Shown piece by piece: positions 11,639 to 22,780 of a stretch of DNA of 64,000 nt. Location of the stretch: assembly GCA_051294375.1 (NCBI GenBank), contig CM119267.1:11035045-11099044 (forward strand), in the 5' to 3' direction. The notes beneath the pieces are model-generated. The model saw only the letters and a list, made by a program, of their open reading frames with translations. It did not search any database and was not told the origin of the DNA. Source of the stretch: Paraspadella gotoi (lineage: Eukaryota; Animalia; Chaetognatha). Every line of letters begins with the position of its first letter. The first letter of the stretch is position 1. A program made the position numbers and the translations under genes.

Positions 11639-11930
11639 CAATTTCTTTTCACAAACTATCTCTGTCCTCACCTTCACCTGTCCCTAATAAAAAACTGAAC
11701 ACTATCCTTTCTCTCAAACTCTGTGTTGGAAACTTTGCTCTGTCTCTCTCTCTCTCTCTCTCTTTCTTTATGCACAAAATTCTCTTCAAATTCACAAATT
11801 GAATTGGCGCTGAAGAAGACTCGTATGTGAGTCGAAACATGTCCGTTTCACTATGAAATAAAATCGTTGTTAAATCTCTCTTCAAACTTTGTTCAAAATC
11901 AAATCACAACGAAACAGAAAGGAAAAAAAA
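10726..11930. mobile_element. ~1.2-kb fold-back element with ~500-bp inverted arms, each carrying a hammerhead (Penelope-like pLTR derivative)
   Basis: Arms 10726-11227 and 11380-11900 are nearly identical (differences: (AG)n length and one T); loop 152 nt. Tail CAACGAAACAGAAAGGAAA at 11907-11925. GATGATGATTTT occurs on both sides (10720, 11934). Confidence 0.8.
11807..11846 (+). ncRNA. Minimal type I hammerhead ribozyme motif (mirror copy on the - strand at ~10781-10820)
   Basis: GCG-CTGAAGA-A-GACTCG[TATG]TGAGTC-GAAA-CATG-TC-CGT: intact core, 6-bp stem II, palindromic ACATGT at stem III, 3-bp stem I. Confidence 0.8.
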
Positions 11931-11976
11931 CGCGATGATGATTTTTAAAGCTTTTTCATATTTTTAACCCACTTAT

Positions 11977-12381
11977 CAGAGTTTGAAGTAGGACAACGAT
12001 TTTTATTCAAAAACATTGTACATGTTTCGACTTTAGTTTAAGTCTTCTTCAGCACTTGAGAAATTATCAATATTTTTACATTTCTCTCTCTTTTTCCTCT
12101 GTCTCTCACCATTTTTTTTGTCAATATCTATATCTCTCTCTGGCATAAACTTAACCTCAAATCTTTGTTGGTAACTTTCTCTCTCTCTCTCTCACGCACA
12201 CATTTTTTATAAAATTATCAATATATTCCCTTCAGCACTTGTAAAGGGCCTTTACAAGTGCTGAAGAAGACTTGACCTAAAGTCGAAACATGTACACTGT
12301 TTTTGAATAAAAATCGTTGTTTGTCCTACTTCAAACTCTCTAATTCAAATCACAACGAAAGAAAGAATTTCACTTAATGTC
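11977..12381. mobile_element. ~400-bp fold-back element with two hammerheads and an 11-bp TSD
   Basis: Arms 11978-12058 and 12255-12339. Tail CAACGAAAGAAAGAA at ~12353. AACCCACTTAT at 11966-11976 and 12382-12392. Confidence 0.8.
12257..12298 (+). ncRNA. Minimal type I hammerhead ribozyme motif (mirror copy on the - strand at ~12015-12056)
   Basis: AGTG-CTGAAGA-A-GACTT[GACCTA]AAGTC-GAAA-CATG-TA-CACT; stem I AGTG/CACT. Confidence 0.8.
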
Positions 12382-12750
12382 AACCCACTTATACAAATAT
12401 TTAAAAAAGAATTATAATTTTTATGAGCTATCTAAATCTGGTCTTAAAATTAAGAATTTCTCAAAAAAACTTTTGGCCTTTCCTATCTATAAATAAATAT
12501 TTAAAAATTAATTACTAGGATGTAGAGCAATATAATTTTTTTTCCATTTAAAGAATACTTAGAAATTTCTCAATTTTCGTTTGAGCATGTACTCGCTCTA
12601 AATTTTTGACTCACCCACTTGAGTGGGGCTACCTCTATTAACAGTGATGTTATAATCGTTTTTTTCCGGAAAATTTGATTTGAATTGCGAGAAGCTCCAC
12701 CACTCTTATGCTGAATCGTAATTTCAATTGTTTCAGTTAGTTATTTTAAA

Positions 12751-14097
12751 ATGTGGCAGGCAGCGTCTCGTTTCACCAAGGGATTTTCCAGGGCGCAAGC
12801 GCCTTTTCCGCGCTTTATTTCGAAAACTACGGCCCTGAAGGCGGCGCCGGCGACTGTCTCTCCTCAGGCGTCCCCCGTGGTGGATGCCGTCAGCGCTAAC
12901 ACCTCTACCTTGATCGCTCGAGAAGAAAAGTACGGCGCTCACAACTATCACCCTTTGCCGGTGGTGCTTTCGCGCGGCGAGGGTGTCTTCGTATGGGACG
13001 TCGATGGAAAGCGGTATTTCGATTTCCTCAGCGCCTATAGCGCTGTCAACCAAGGTCACTGTCACCCAAAAATCGTCGCCGCTTTGACCGAGCAGGCTTC
13101 GATCTTGTCGCTGACCTCTCGCGCGTTTTTCAACGATGTCCTCGGCGCGTACGAAGAAAAAGCGACGAAACTCTTCGGTTACGATAAGTTGTTACCAATG
13201 AACACCGGCGTCGAGGCAGGAGAAACCGCGTGTAAACTGGCGCGAAAGTGGGCCTACTCTGTCAAGGGAGTCACGCCCAATTGCGCCAAAATTATTTTCG
13301 CCACGGGAAACTTTTGGGGCCGTACTATGAGCGCCATTTCTTCGTCGACGGATCCCAGCTCCTATTCTGGTTTCGGTCCCTACATGCCAGGGTTCGATTT
13401 GATACCATACGACGATCTGAACGCCTTGGAAGCCGCTTGCCGCGATTCCAATGTTGCCGCTTTCATGGTGGAGCCAATCCAAGGGGAGGCTGGAGTCGTC
13501 GTACCCGCGGAGGGATATTTGCGGGGAATTCGTCAGATTTGCGACAAACACAACGTTCTGTGGATCGCGGACGAAGTTCAGACCGGATTGGCCAGAACGG
13601 GAAAACGGCTAGCCGTAGATCACGAGGGAGCTCGTCCCGACCTAGTTCTACTTGGCAAAGCTCTGTCGGGCGGTTTGATACCGGTATCGGCCGTGCTGGC
13701 TGACGACGACGTCATGTTGACCATACGGCCAGGTGAGCATGGCTCTACCTATGGAGGAAATCCCCTCGCTTGCAAAGTTGCGATGGCGGCCTTGGACGTT
13801 CTGGAGGATGAGAATCTCGCGGAAAACGCGGAGAGGCTCGGTCGCGTTTTGCGCACGGAATTGACTAAGCTCCCGGCTGACAAAGTCACGCTGGTGAGGG
13901 GAAAAGGCCTTCTCAACGCCATTGTTATTGATCCAAAGTTAGACGCCTGGCAAATATGTCTCATGCTGAGAGATAATGGTTTGCTGGCAAAACCCACTCA
14001 GGGAGATATCATTCGATTTGCTCCCCCCCTCGTGATTAACGACCTTCAAATGGAACAGTGCCTCGATATTATTTGGCGCACTATTACGGCACTGTGA
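12751..14097 (+). CDS. OAT: Ornithine aminotransferase, mitochondrial; intronless CDS
   Basis: Arg/Ser/Ala-rich presequence, [45 protein letters not shown]-lysine [20 protein letters not shown]. Confidence 0.97.
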   Translation: MWQAASRFTKGFSRAQAPFPRFISKTTALKAAPATVSPQASPVVDAVSANTSTLIAREEKYGAHNYHPLPVVLSRGEGVFVWDVDGKRYFDFLSAYSAVNQGHCHPKIVAALTEQASILSLTSRAFFNDVLGAYEEKATKLFGYDKLLPMNTGVEAGETACKLARKWAYSVKGVTPNCAKIIFATGNFWGRTMSAISSSTDPSSYSGFGPYMPGFDLIPYDDLNALEAACRDSNVAAFMVEPIQGEAGVVVPAEGYLRGIRQICDKHNVLWIADEVQTGLARTGKRLAVDHEGARPDLVLLGKALSGGLIPVSAVLADDDVMLTIRPGEHGSTYGGNPLACKVAMAALDVLEDENLAENAERLGRVLRTELTKLPADKVTLVRGKGLLNAIVIDPKLDAWQICLMLRDNGLLAKPTQGDIIRFAPPLVINDLQMEQCLDIIWRTITAL

Positions 14098-15017
14098 GAC
14101 TTTGGTCATCGGCTTCGAAGTTGTTTAAAAAATATTTTGTTAAATAGCATATTTTAAAAATGAAAAGCTACTTACAGAAAAGTGAATCTCAATTTGTTAG
14201 TATTAATGTGCAATCTTAATTATATAAGAGGGATTAAATCTACAGTGTTAGTAGACCGGTTGTGATATCTGATCTGTGGCAATGTTCTTAATCTGCTGTC
14301 TGCCAGCTTTAAGCGTTCCGGTTTAGTGTTTGTTATAAGGATTTTCCTTTCTTTGGTGTTTGGAATAGGAAAAAAACTGCTTTGTTTTTATCTCGCCAGA
14401 CGGCCAAGGCTATTGCTTTTTATTGACATCGTCGTTACACTTTTTTACAATTGGAGATTGTAATAGTGTGAATTTATAAAAGGGTAAAAATTTAAATATA
14501 GTTTCTCATCATCAAGATCTTTTAAAATGTTATTTTTCATATAGAATCAAGTATTTTTGTTTGAATTTTCATTACATTATGATTAATTATAATATGCAAA
14601 TTAGTTTATAATATAAAAAATTTGTTTTAATTATATGAAAATTCTAAAATTAAATAAATTATATAAATTAAATTTAATAATATTTATTAAGATTATATAT
14701 TATAAATTCTATATTTTTTATATTTATTATTATTTTTATTAATTTTGTTTTTTGATAATCTAAATCTGAAAATATATTATTGATTGGAAAGGGTTGTTTG
14801 TGTTATCTTTTAGAGATAGAGGGAGCATCTATACAACACAAAGTTATATTACTTCCTGCTTTAGTTTTATAAATAGATATCACATATCATTTTTGTAAGA
14901 AAATTATTAATGAGAACCTTAAATCTAATCTAAATAGCTGAACAGAAAAGAATAGAATGGGTAATTTTTGGGGGGATTAAGGTAAATTTTATTTTTAATG
15001 TCTGTGGTTTACTGTTA

Positions 15018-15095
15018 AGAGTGGTTTAGGGGTGGTTTAAGGTTAAGGGTGGTTTAAGGTTAAGGGTAGTTTAAGGTTAGGGGTGATTAGGGTTA
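15018..15095. repeat. Degenerate GGTTA(A)GG / TTAGGG-like tract
   Basis: GGTGGTTTAAGGTTAAG repeated, ending GGTTAGGGGTGATTAGGGTT. Confidence 0.6.
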
Positions 15096-15638
15096 AAATT
15101 ATAATTTTTTAAAATTTTTTTTTTAATAAATATTTTTAAATATTTTTTTAAAAAACGTTAAAACTAAAATTTTTTAATAAATTTTCTTTGATAGTAACGT
15201 CTGGCGAGATTATTATACTATAAGTTTTTATAATGATCGTGGATATGATTTGATTAGTATGTATTTCGTTCGAGAATGTTCGGTAATCAGGAAAACACGG
15301 TTTATTTGTTTTTGCTGTTTAATTTTTTCGGAACATTTTGTAACTACTCTTTACATAAATGAAAAAAATAATCTCATATTAACTACAGTGAATTTATTAA
15401 GCGCTTTGCGCACTAAATCTATGCTTTTATCTACTAGTTTTTGGGATTTTTAATTTTTTAAATATTTTACAGCGTTTCCTAAGTAAATTATTTTTGCTAT
15501 TCCCAAACCTTTTTAATAGCAATGACTATTAAATTTCAAGACTGTGCTTTAACACGAAGCACTATAAATTCGTTACAAGAAAAACATTCTAGGACAACGT
15601 CTATTTTCGCAGTTTCGACAACATAACTCGTAATAACA

Positions 15639-18600
15639 ATGGCGCCGTCGTCGGGCGAGTTGTGGGGGACGGTGTTGATGTCGCACCACATCGGAGTCGA
15701 CGTCCTTCTTCCTACAGGCCTGATCGTTCCCCTCGACTGTCAAAGAAACGATACTCTCAAAACGATCAAGACCCTCGTATGGAAAGAGGCGCGCCGGTTG
15801 CCGCTTTTTGCTCGGCTACTCGATCCGGCGTCGTACATTTTCGTCAGCATAACTCAGGACACGCCGACGCCCCAAGAGTTCTACGACGAAACCAAGAGAA
15901 TCTGCGATCTCCACCTCTTTCGCCTTTTTCTCAAACTCGTCGAACCGGATGGGAACAAGGAAGAGAAGATGCTAAACTCAGAGATCGGTAAGCGTTCAAG
16001 ATTTTCGTGGCGTAGGAAAGGGGGGGCGTGGAACGGGCTCTTGGGGGGGGGCATTATTCAATCCAAACTATTAAATTTCCCCCAATTTTTCAAACGGCAT
16101 TGAGATCTTAATCTTAAAATGTTTTCTTTTTTTTTTGTGCTGCAAATATTATATATACCAAAGCCTGTCCAAAGTCAGGGGCAAGATAGCTTATTTATTA
16201 AATGAATGGGTAATTTTTATATTGGTTGTACCAATTTCATATATTATGATCGGAGATTGGGTATTTTATTTCTACTAGCTGATACCCACTTTTCATTCAG
16301 GGATGGCGATCGGGATGCCCATCATGCAAGACATCGAGCGAGACTTCATGACCGATTCCCAGGTGTTTGACTTTAGAAAGAACGCGATCGAGATCGTAAA
16401 AAACGCCATCAAAGAACGAGACAAAAAGGGAATAGACGGGGCCGCGTTGTACGCTTACCCGCCTGACATTTGCGACCGTGCCAATCTTCCAGTCAACGAT
16501 CGAGGCCGCTTAACTAGCCTCGGCCGCGTACGGACTTCTTATCGAAGTAACTCGAGTATTTCGACCTCGCACTCTTCCTGCTCCCTCAAGTCATTAGCGC
16601 TCACCGGAAAAGACGGTCAAAACCGCGGCGCGAATGCGAAGGTTACTAATGCTCAATCGATCAACGTCCAATCAGAGGCAGCATCTTGTTCGAATTCGTC
16701 GTCGTCGTCTTCCAACTCCTCCGATCCTAACCGTCGACACACGACGACGACGACGACGACGAGCGCGACTCCGCGCGGTGCAAAAAGTTCGGATCAGCAA
16801 GATTCTGGCTCCATCGTCAGCAACGACGACGAGAGTTTGAACTTCGAAAACCTCAGTCTCTGGCGACACGGACAAGGAAGCGTCTCTCAGATCTCCTCTC
16901 TCGGATGTGAGAGCGCCGTCGATTCGCTGGATCGCTACTATGCCGAGGATCAGCCCGTCTGTGTTTGGATTCTGCAAAACGGTACCGATGACTTCAAGAA
17001 TCATCAAAAGTTTACCGTTCGCGTCAGCATATCTGGTTATCCCATCGACGTCGTGTGTGCCGTCATTCGTAAACGCATTCATTCCATGTCTTCAGTGCCT
17101 CCCGCGAGATACGAGCAGGTCGTCGAAAAATACAAGCACGAGTACATTCTCAAGGTGTGCGGACAAGAATTGTACTTTATTTCCGACGATTACCCGCTTT
17201 GTCAGTATCGATACATCAGAAATTGTTTGGCTAACAACACCATTCCCCAGTTGATGATGGTTTTGAGAAACTCATTCCAACAAGAACTCAGAGACTGCGT
17301 ATTTCGCGTTCCTAATTTTATGCGGCGTCCTGCTGTGAAACATGCGCCCTCTTCGCGGCGCGAGTGCCTTTCCTTGTGGACCGTGGAACCTTCCATGAAA
17401 TACAAGGTTCGCGTAAACGGTTTGTTTTTTCATCATCAAAAAGACCTTGGAAATGTCCTGGTCGTTCTTGGATTGTTTCACGGTACGAAAAGACTCGACG
17501 ACATTCAACGAACCGAGACTGTGTCTTACGGTCAAAGATGGAACAAATGGTTTGAATTTCCGAACGTACCGATTTGTTCCATTCCTCTATCCGCCCGCCT
17601 CTGTATCACACTTTGTGCCGTCAAAGGCAAAAGATCGTTTCCGATCGGCTGGGGCAACATTACGGTGTTTGACTACAAGCAGTATTTGCGAAACGAAGTC
17701 GCCAAGCTCGTTCTATGGCCAATGCCTAAGGAGTTTAAAGACTGCGAAATCTACGATACGCTCAATCCTTTAGGTCTTCCGGTTTCCAACCCAAACAAAG
17801 ACGCTTCTTCCGCAAACACTCTCGAGCTCGAGTTAGGAGAGCGCTTGAGCTACGCCGTCGTCTATCCTGACCTAGAATCTATGCATAACTTTGCCCGAGT
17901 TATAAGGACGGGCGGCGCTAGCAGCGTTTCGCTCCCTGATAGTGTTAGTTTTTCCGGGCTTCCGTCACCCAAGAACTCTTACATTACCGACGATGGTTCG
18001 TCGACGGGCACAATTCCCGACAATGTAAGGAAAAAAGCCAAGGAAATTATGAGTTCCGATCCATTCAATCCCCTTGACATTGATCACGACAAAGAATTGA
18101 TTTGGGAGTGGCGTAAAAAGTTAATGAAGTTTTATCCAAATATCCTAGGAAAATTGATCCAGTGTGTTTCGTGGGATAATCGGGAAATGGTGGCCGAACT
18201 ATATCGGCTTTTACGACTCTGGCCAAAAGAGCGCGTTGACTTTGAAAGCGCCTTAGAGCTGTTGACCTATCAGTATCCCGATCATTATGTTCGAGAATTC
18301 GCGGTCGCCTGTCTCCGTATCTCTTTATCAACTAATCAGTTGTCGCAATATTTGTTGCAGTTAGTGCAAGTGCTAAAGTTTGAACCCTTTCACAACAATG
18401 CCTTAGTCCATTATCTCCTCGAAAGAGCTCTTTTGAATCGAAAGATAGGGCATCATTTCTTTTGGTATATGAAGGCCGAGATGAGCAATTCGGCAATCGC
18501 ACTCAGATTCGGCCTCATCCTCGAGGCGTTTTGTCGGGGTTGTGGTTCATATCTTGCAAGCCTTAACAAACAGGTTGAGGCCCTTGACAAGCTGCAAAAA

Positions 18601-19707
18601 CTGGCAGATGCCCTGCTGGAAAAACGAGATTCTAGTCAAGCAGAAAGAGACAATTACTTTCGAGTATTTCTTGAAGGCGAAGATTACAAAACCGCTCTTT
18701 CCTCCAGCAACTGCAATTTCTATTCTCCCATCAACATCAATTTCATTCTCGGGCCGCTCGTTCTCGACAGCTGTAAGATCCACAACTCGGCCAAACGTCC
18801 TCTCCGATTAGTTTGGCAAAATATGGATTTTATGAAAGACTGCTCTCCGTACAAGGAGATTGAAATGATTTACAAATATGGCGACGATTTACGCCAAGAC
18901 ATGTTGACTTTGCAAGCGATCTCGATTATGGACGACATTTGGCAAAATGAAGGTCTTGATCTCCGCATGTCGCCCTACACCTGCCTGGCCACCGGAAAGG
19001 TCGCCGGCCTTATCGAGGTCGTCCCGGACGCAGAAACCGTCTTCGAGATCCAGAAACAACTGAGCGGCGTGAGCGGGGGAACCTTGGCCTTCGCCCCCTG
19101 GAGCCCTTGCAATCTGTTTAACTGGATCCAAAGCAACGCGGATACCAAGCAAAAGGAAGAGTTGGCGCTCGAAAATTTTACCTACTCTTGCGCCGGATAT
19201 TGCGTGGCAACGTTCATTCTCGGTATCGGTGACCGTCACCCGTCCAACATCATGGTAAACCGCGAAGGGCAAATCTTTCACATCGATTTCGGTCATTTCC
19301 TGGGACATTACAAACGTAGATTCGGGATTCGAAGGGAGCGTACGCCCTTCGTTCTGACCGAGGACTTCATAATGGTGATCGCTCGCGGCAACGGCAAATG
19401 CAAGGCCGACTACATCAATGCTGCTGAATTTTCTCAATTTCGTAATTTATGCGGAAAAGCGTACATGGCCTTGAGGAAACACACAAACCTTCTAATCACT
19501 CTTTTTAACATGATGTTGTATTCCGGCATTCCAGAGCTCCAGCCAGACGACATTCAGTACCTTATGGACACACTTGCTATCGACAAGACTGATGAGGCAG
19601 CGTTGTCGTACTTCGAATCGAGGTTCGATGAAGCCTACAAGAGATCCGTCTTCACTAAAATCGACTGGTTTTTTCATGGCATCGTTCATGGGAGCGAGAT
19701 GAAATAG
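15639..19707 (+). CDS. PIK3CA: Class I PI3-kinase catalytic subunit (p110alpha-like)
   Basis: Exons 15639-15987 and 16301-19707. N-terminus MAPSSGELWG, ABD, RBD (EYILKVCG), C2, helical domain, kinase motifs KYGDDLRQDMLTLQ, GIGDRHPSN, HIDFGHFLG, RERTPF. Confidence 0.93.
16171..16238. repeat. ~67-bp dispersed repeat fragment, inverted copy at 22855-22921
   Basis: AAAGTCAGGGGCAAGATAGCTTATTTATTAAATGAATGGGTAATTTTTATATTGGTTGTACCAATTT matches the reverse complement at 22855 with ~3 mismatches. Confidence 0.8.
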
Positions 19708-19978
19708 ATATTTTTTAAATTGCTCATATACTATTGTTGTCGTGATAATGTTATTAAGCCATGACATCTGCTTTTATAACATCGTGATCATAATTTGCTT
19801 TTTATGTATCAAAAAAATATTTGGCGATAATTAAGTTGTTTTCGTTTGTAGCTAATATGAACTTACAATAGGAGTCACAATAAAAAAAAATAGCTTACTA
19901 GTTGAACGGCTAACGACTTTGACATTATACAAAAATTGTTTAAATTTTAAACTAATCATATATAAACTAAATTTTTAG

Positions 19979-20170
19979 TTTTTCCTTTCTCTTCGTTGGT
20001 TTTATGAATTAGTAGAGAAAATTTTTTTTATTGTCATAACGAATTTAACAGACATGTTTCTAACAGATTTCAGTGTTAAAGTGTCATTATGAACAGCTAA
20101 ATTGGTTTAGTACTAAAGTTTTAAATACAAATAAAAATTCGTTATGACAATAAAAATATTTCTCTACTAA
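19979..20170. mobile_element. Fold-back element of the same tail family with a hammerhead remnant
   Basis: Tail TTTCCTTTCTCTTCGTTG, ~37-bp inverted arms (20009-20046 and 20135-20170), GACATGTTTC remnant, ACTAAATTTT on both flanks. Confidence 0.65.
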
Positions 20171-22106
20171 TATACTAAATTTTAAGTAATTTATTATAAT
20201 TATAATTTTTTTTAGTAATGTCTGTATTAAATCGCGTTGTAATTTTTTTTCTAGTTAACTTTTTAGTAAATGTATTTTATTCTAATAATTTAATTCAAAA
20301 TAATTATAGTTAAAAACAAAGTTTCGCAAGGAAAAGTATTGTTGCTGTAAAAAACATGTAGACTATTAGCTATTAGAAGATTAGCTTTTAATCTAGTTGT
20401 CTCACGGTCTGATTAAAACAGCTAATTAATTGGGAAAGCCGTAAGAAACTGTATTGCGATTAATTTGGAATAGTCAAGAATATGAACTGATGAAGATTCT
20501 TTCGTGGGATTGAAAGAAGAACGTAGTTGTAAATAGATATTACGTATATAAGTTCAAATTGAGCGGTAAGTCCCCTTCAGTTTGGCGAACAAATTGGGCT
20601 AATTTACAAAAAAATGCTTTAAAAGTTTAACTCCTGGAGTTCATACTTAACACAGAGTAAATAGAAGTTACTAGTTATGAGGTAGCAGAGTTTATTGGGT
20701 TAATGAATGAGAATTTTAAGAATTGTTACCCCGAGCTGATTGTATTTATTTATGTTGCGTTCGGAGCTAGTAAGTTTCCCTCTTTTGGCAAGTACTTTTC
20801 GGTTAAGTATCTAGATGTATCTATATGTTTTAATTATTATTTACTTATAATTATTGTTTTTATAATTACAACGTTAAATTTTAAATACAATTATTACCTT
20901 GACCGTTAAGACATAAAAATTTGACAACCGAGTTGACGGTATTTTAGGCAAAACTTTCAACTTATCAATTACAGTAAAAAAAATTTGGTTGTTACTTATT
21001 TATTATACCAATCTTTAAACCATATTTTGTGCAAAAGTATTTATATATACAAAGTAATTTTTATCAAATTTAAAAAAATAGTTTTTATAATTGAATAATA
21101 ATCTTTTGAATGCTTCAGTGTTCGAGAAAAATAAAAAAAAATTCTCGCCAACTACTAAAGATCTGACTACTTTAACGATTTTTATAACATTAAATTTAAC
21201 AAATATTTAATTTTAAAAACTTTATTAAAGATTTCTCTCTATCCACCCTATTATTTCGCTAGGCGTGATTTAGTTTTTATTTCAACCGCGGTAAATCGGA
21301 GCTGCCGGCGCACCTCGATCTTCTCTACACAAATTCAGCTTCTCAGCCACAAATGTTCGTCTCTTCGAGCGAAACTCCCCCGTATCTGCAGCAGCCGCTA
21401 TGCTGTAATTGCAACAGCAGTCCGCCAACGGCCTCGCACAACCACCGGTTTCCTCGACTTAATACGCGACGAAGGAGTGTTTTTTTTCTCTGATATTCTC
21501 TCGATTCTGGCGTATTCTTTCCTTAAAAATATAAAAAATATTTCTTCTCTCTATCATTCTGATTCACTGTGAGATCGAAGTTTGACAAAAAAGAGAATAA
21601 AAAGTTGGCCGAATACCAGGGCATAAGTCGGAACAACGCCCTGATCACAGATAAGAAGACAACTGGCTCTTTCTGGGCTGAGAAAAAGAATTTTTCGACC
21701 GGTTTTCGTTCTGTCTTTATTTCTTGTGGAAATTTTAATTTGTTTGACAACTTTTTTCATTGATTCGAACAACTTTCGTAGTAATTACCAAATACCAAGG
21801 ATACTTAAAATTTTTATAAAAAAGTACAGCACTTCACTTTTGGATTTATTCGCTTTTGCTTCTGCACTTTCTTAAGCCATCACGATCAATTAAAAGATCT
21901 ATGGTATCGTATCGGTTACATTTGTTAACTTTTACATATCGTGCAGAACTGTGTTGTTAAATATTATTTCTGAGATACCGATGTCAAATATAAGTTCTTA
22001 TCATTTATGATACTAAATTTTTAAATCAATTTTCATGAATTTTTTTGCATAACATTCAATTTTAATGAGTCTAGTTTTTTACTTTTAAATTTTTAGATTA
22101 GTATAT

Positions 22107-22172
22107 TTTCCTTTCTTTTTCGTTGGTTTTAGAATTTGAGATAAGAAAAGTTTTCTTTTCTTATCTCAAATT
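22107..22172. mobile_element. Minimal tail-plus-hairpin footprint of the same family
   Basis: TTTCCTTTCTTTTTCGTTGG, then a perfect 18-bp hairpin AATTTGAGATAAGAAAAG-TTTT-CTTTTCTTATCTCAAATT. Confidence 0.6.
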
Positions 22173-22203
<31 letters not shown>

Positions 22204-22314
22204 ATTTATATATTAAAAAAAGTTTATTAAAAAAAATAGAAAAATATTTTAAATTAATATAAATTATTCCAATTTTTTTTTTATAAAAGAAATGCATTGA
22301 TAAAAATAAAAATG

Positions 22315-22780
22315 CATCGCGTCAATGAATGACTATCATTGACAATGACCATGCAATGACATTGAATGAATGATTATCATCGTATCAATGAATGATTATC
22401 ATCGCGTTAATAAATGATTATCATCGCATCAATGAATGACTATCATAGCATCAATATTTGGTTATCATCGAATCAATAATCAATTACTATTACATCAATC
22501 AATTATTATTATAATAATCAATAAATTACTATTTTGGGAACATAAATGATTTGAAAAACGACAACGAAGACGACGACAAAGTCTTTGTACTTTGTGACCC
22601 GTAGTGGTCAGTAAGAATGACCTGATTACATCCGGCTTTGAGTCACCGCACAATTACATCAATCAATTAATTATTATTATATCAATCAATTAATTACTAC
22701 TACATCAATCAATTAATTACTATTACATCAATCAATCAATTACTATTACATCAATCAATTACTATTACATCAATAATTTG
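22315..22780. repeat. Degenerate ~19-26 bp minisatellite (CATCAATGAATGATTATCATCG grading into CATCAATCAATTACTATTA)
   Basis: Visible periodicity, interrupted by a unique block at ~22535-22650. Confidence 0.75.

Noticed and set aside
10787-11885. Identical MFRLTYESSSA ORFs on opposite strands
   Set aside because: A by-product of the inverted repeat, reading through the antisense hammerhead and (AG)n.
12751-14097. Bacterial horizontal transfer of intronless OAT
   Set aside because: It has a mitochondrial presequence and animal-type motifs, and neighbouring clearly metazoan genes are also intron-poor.
15018-15095. True telomere or interstitial telomeric array
   Set aside because: Short, degenerate and with a ~17-bp higher-order unit; more likely a TE-internal simple repeat.
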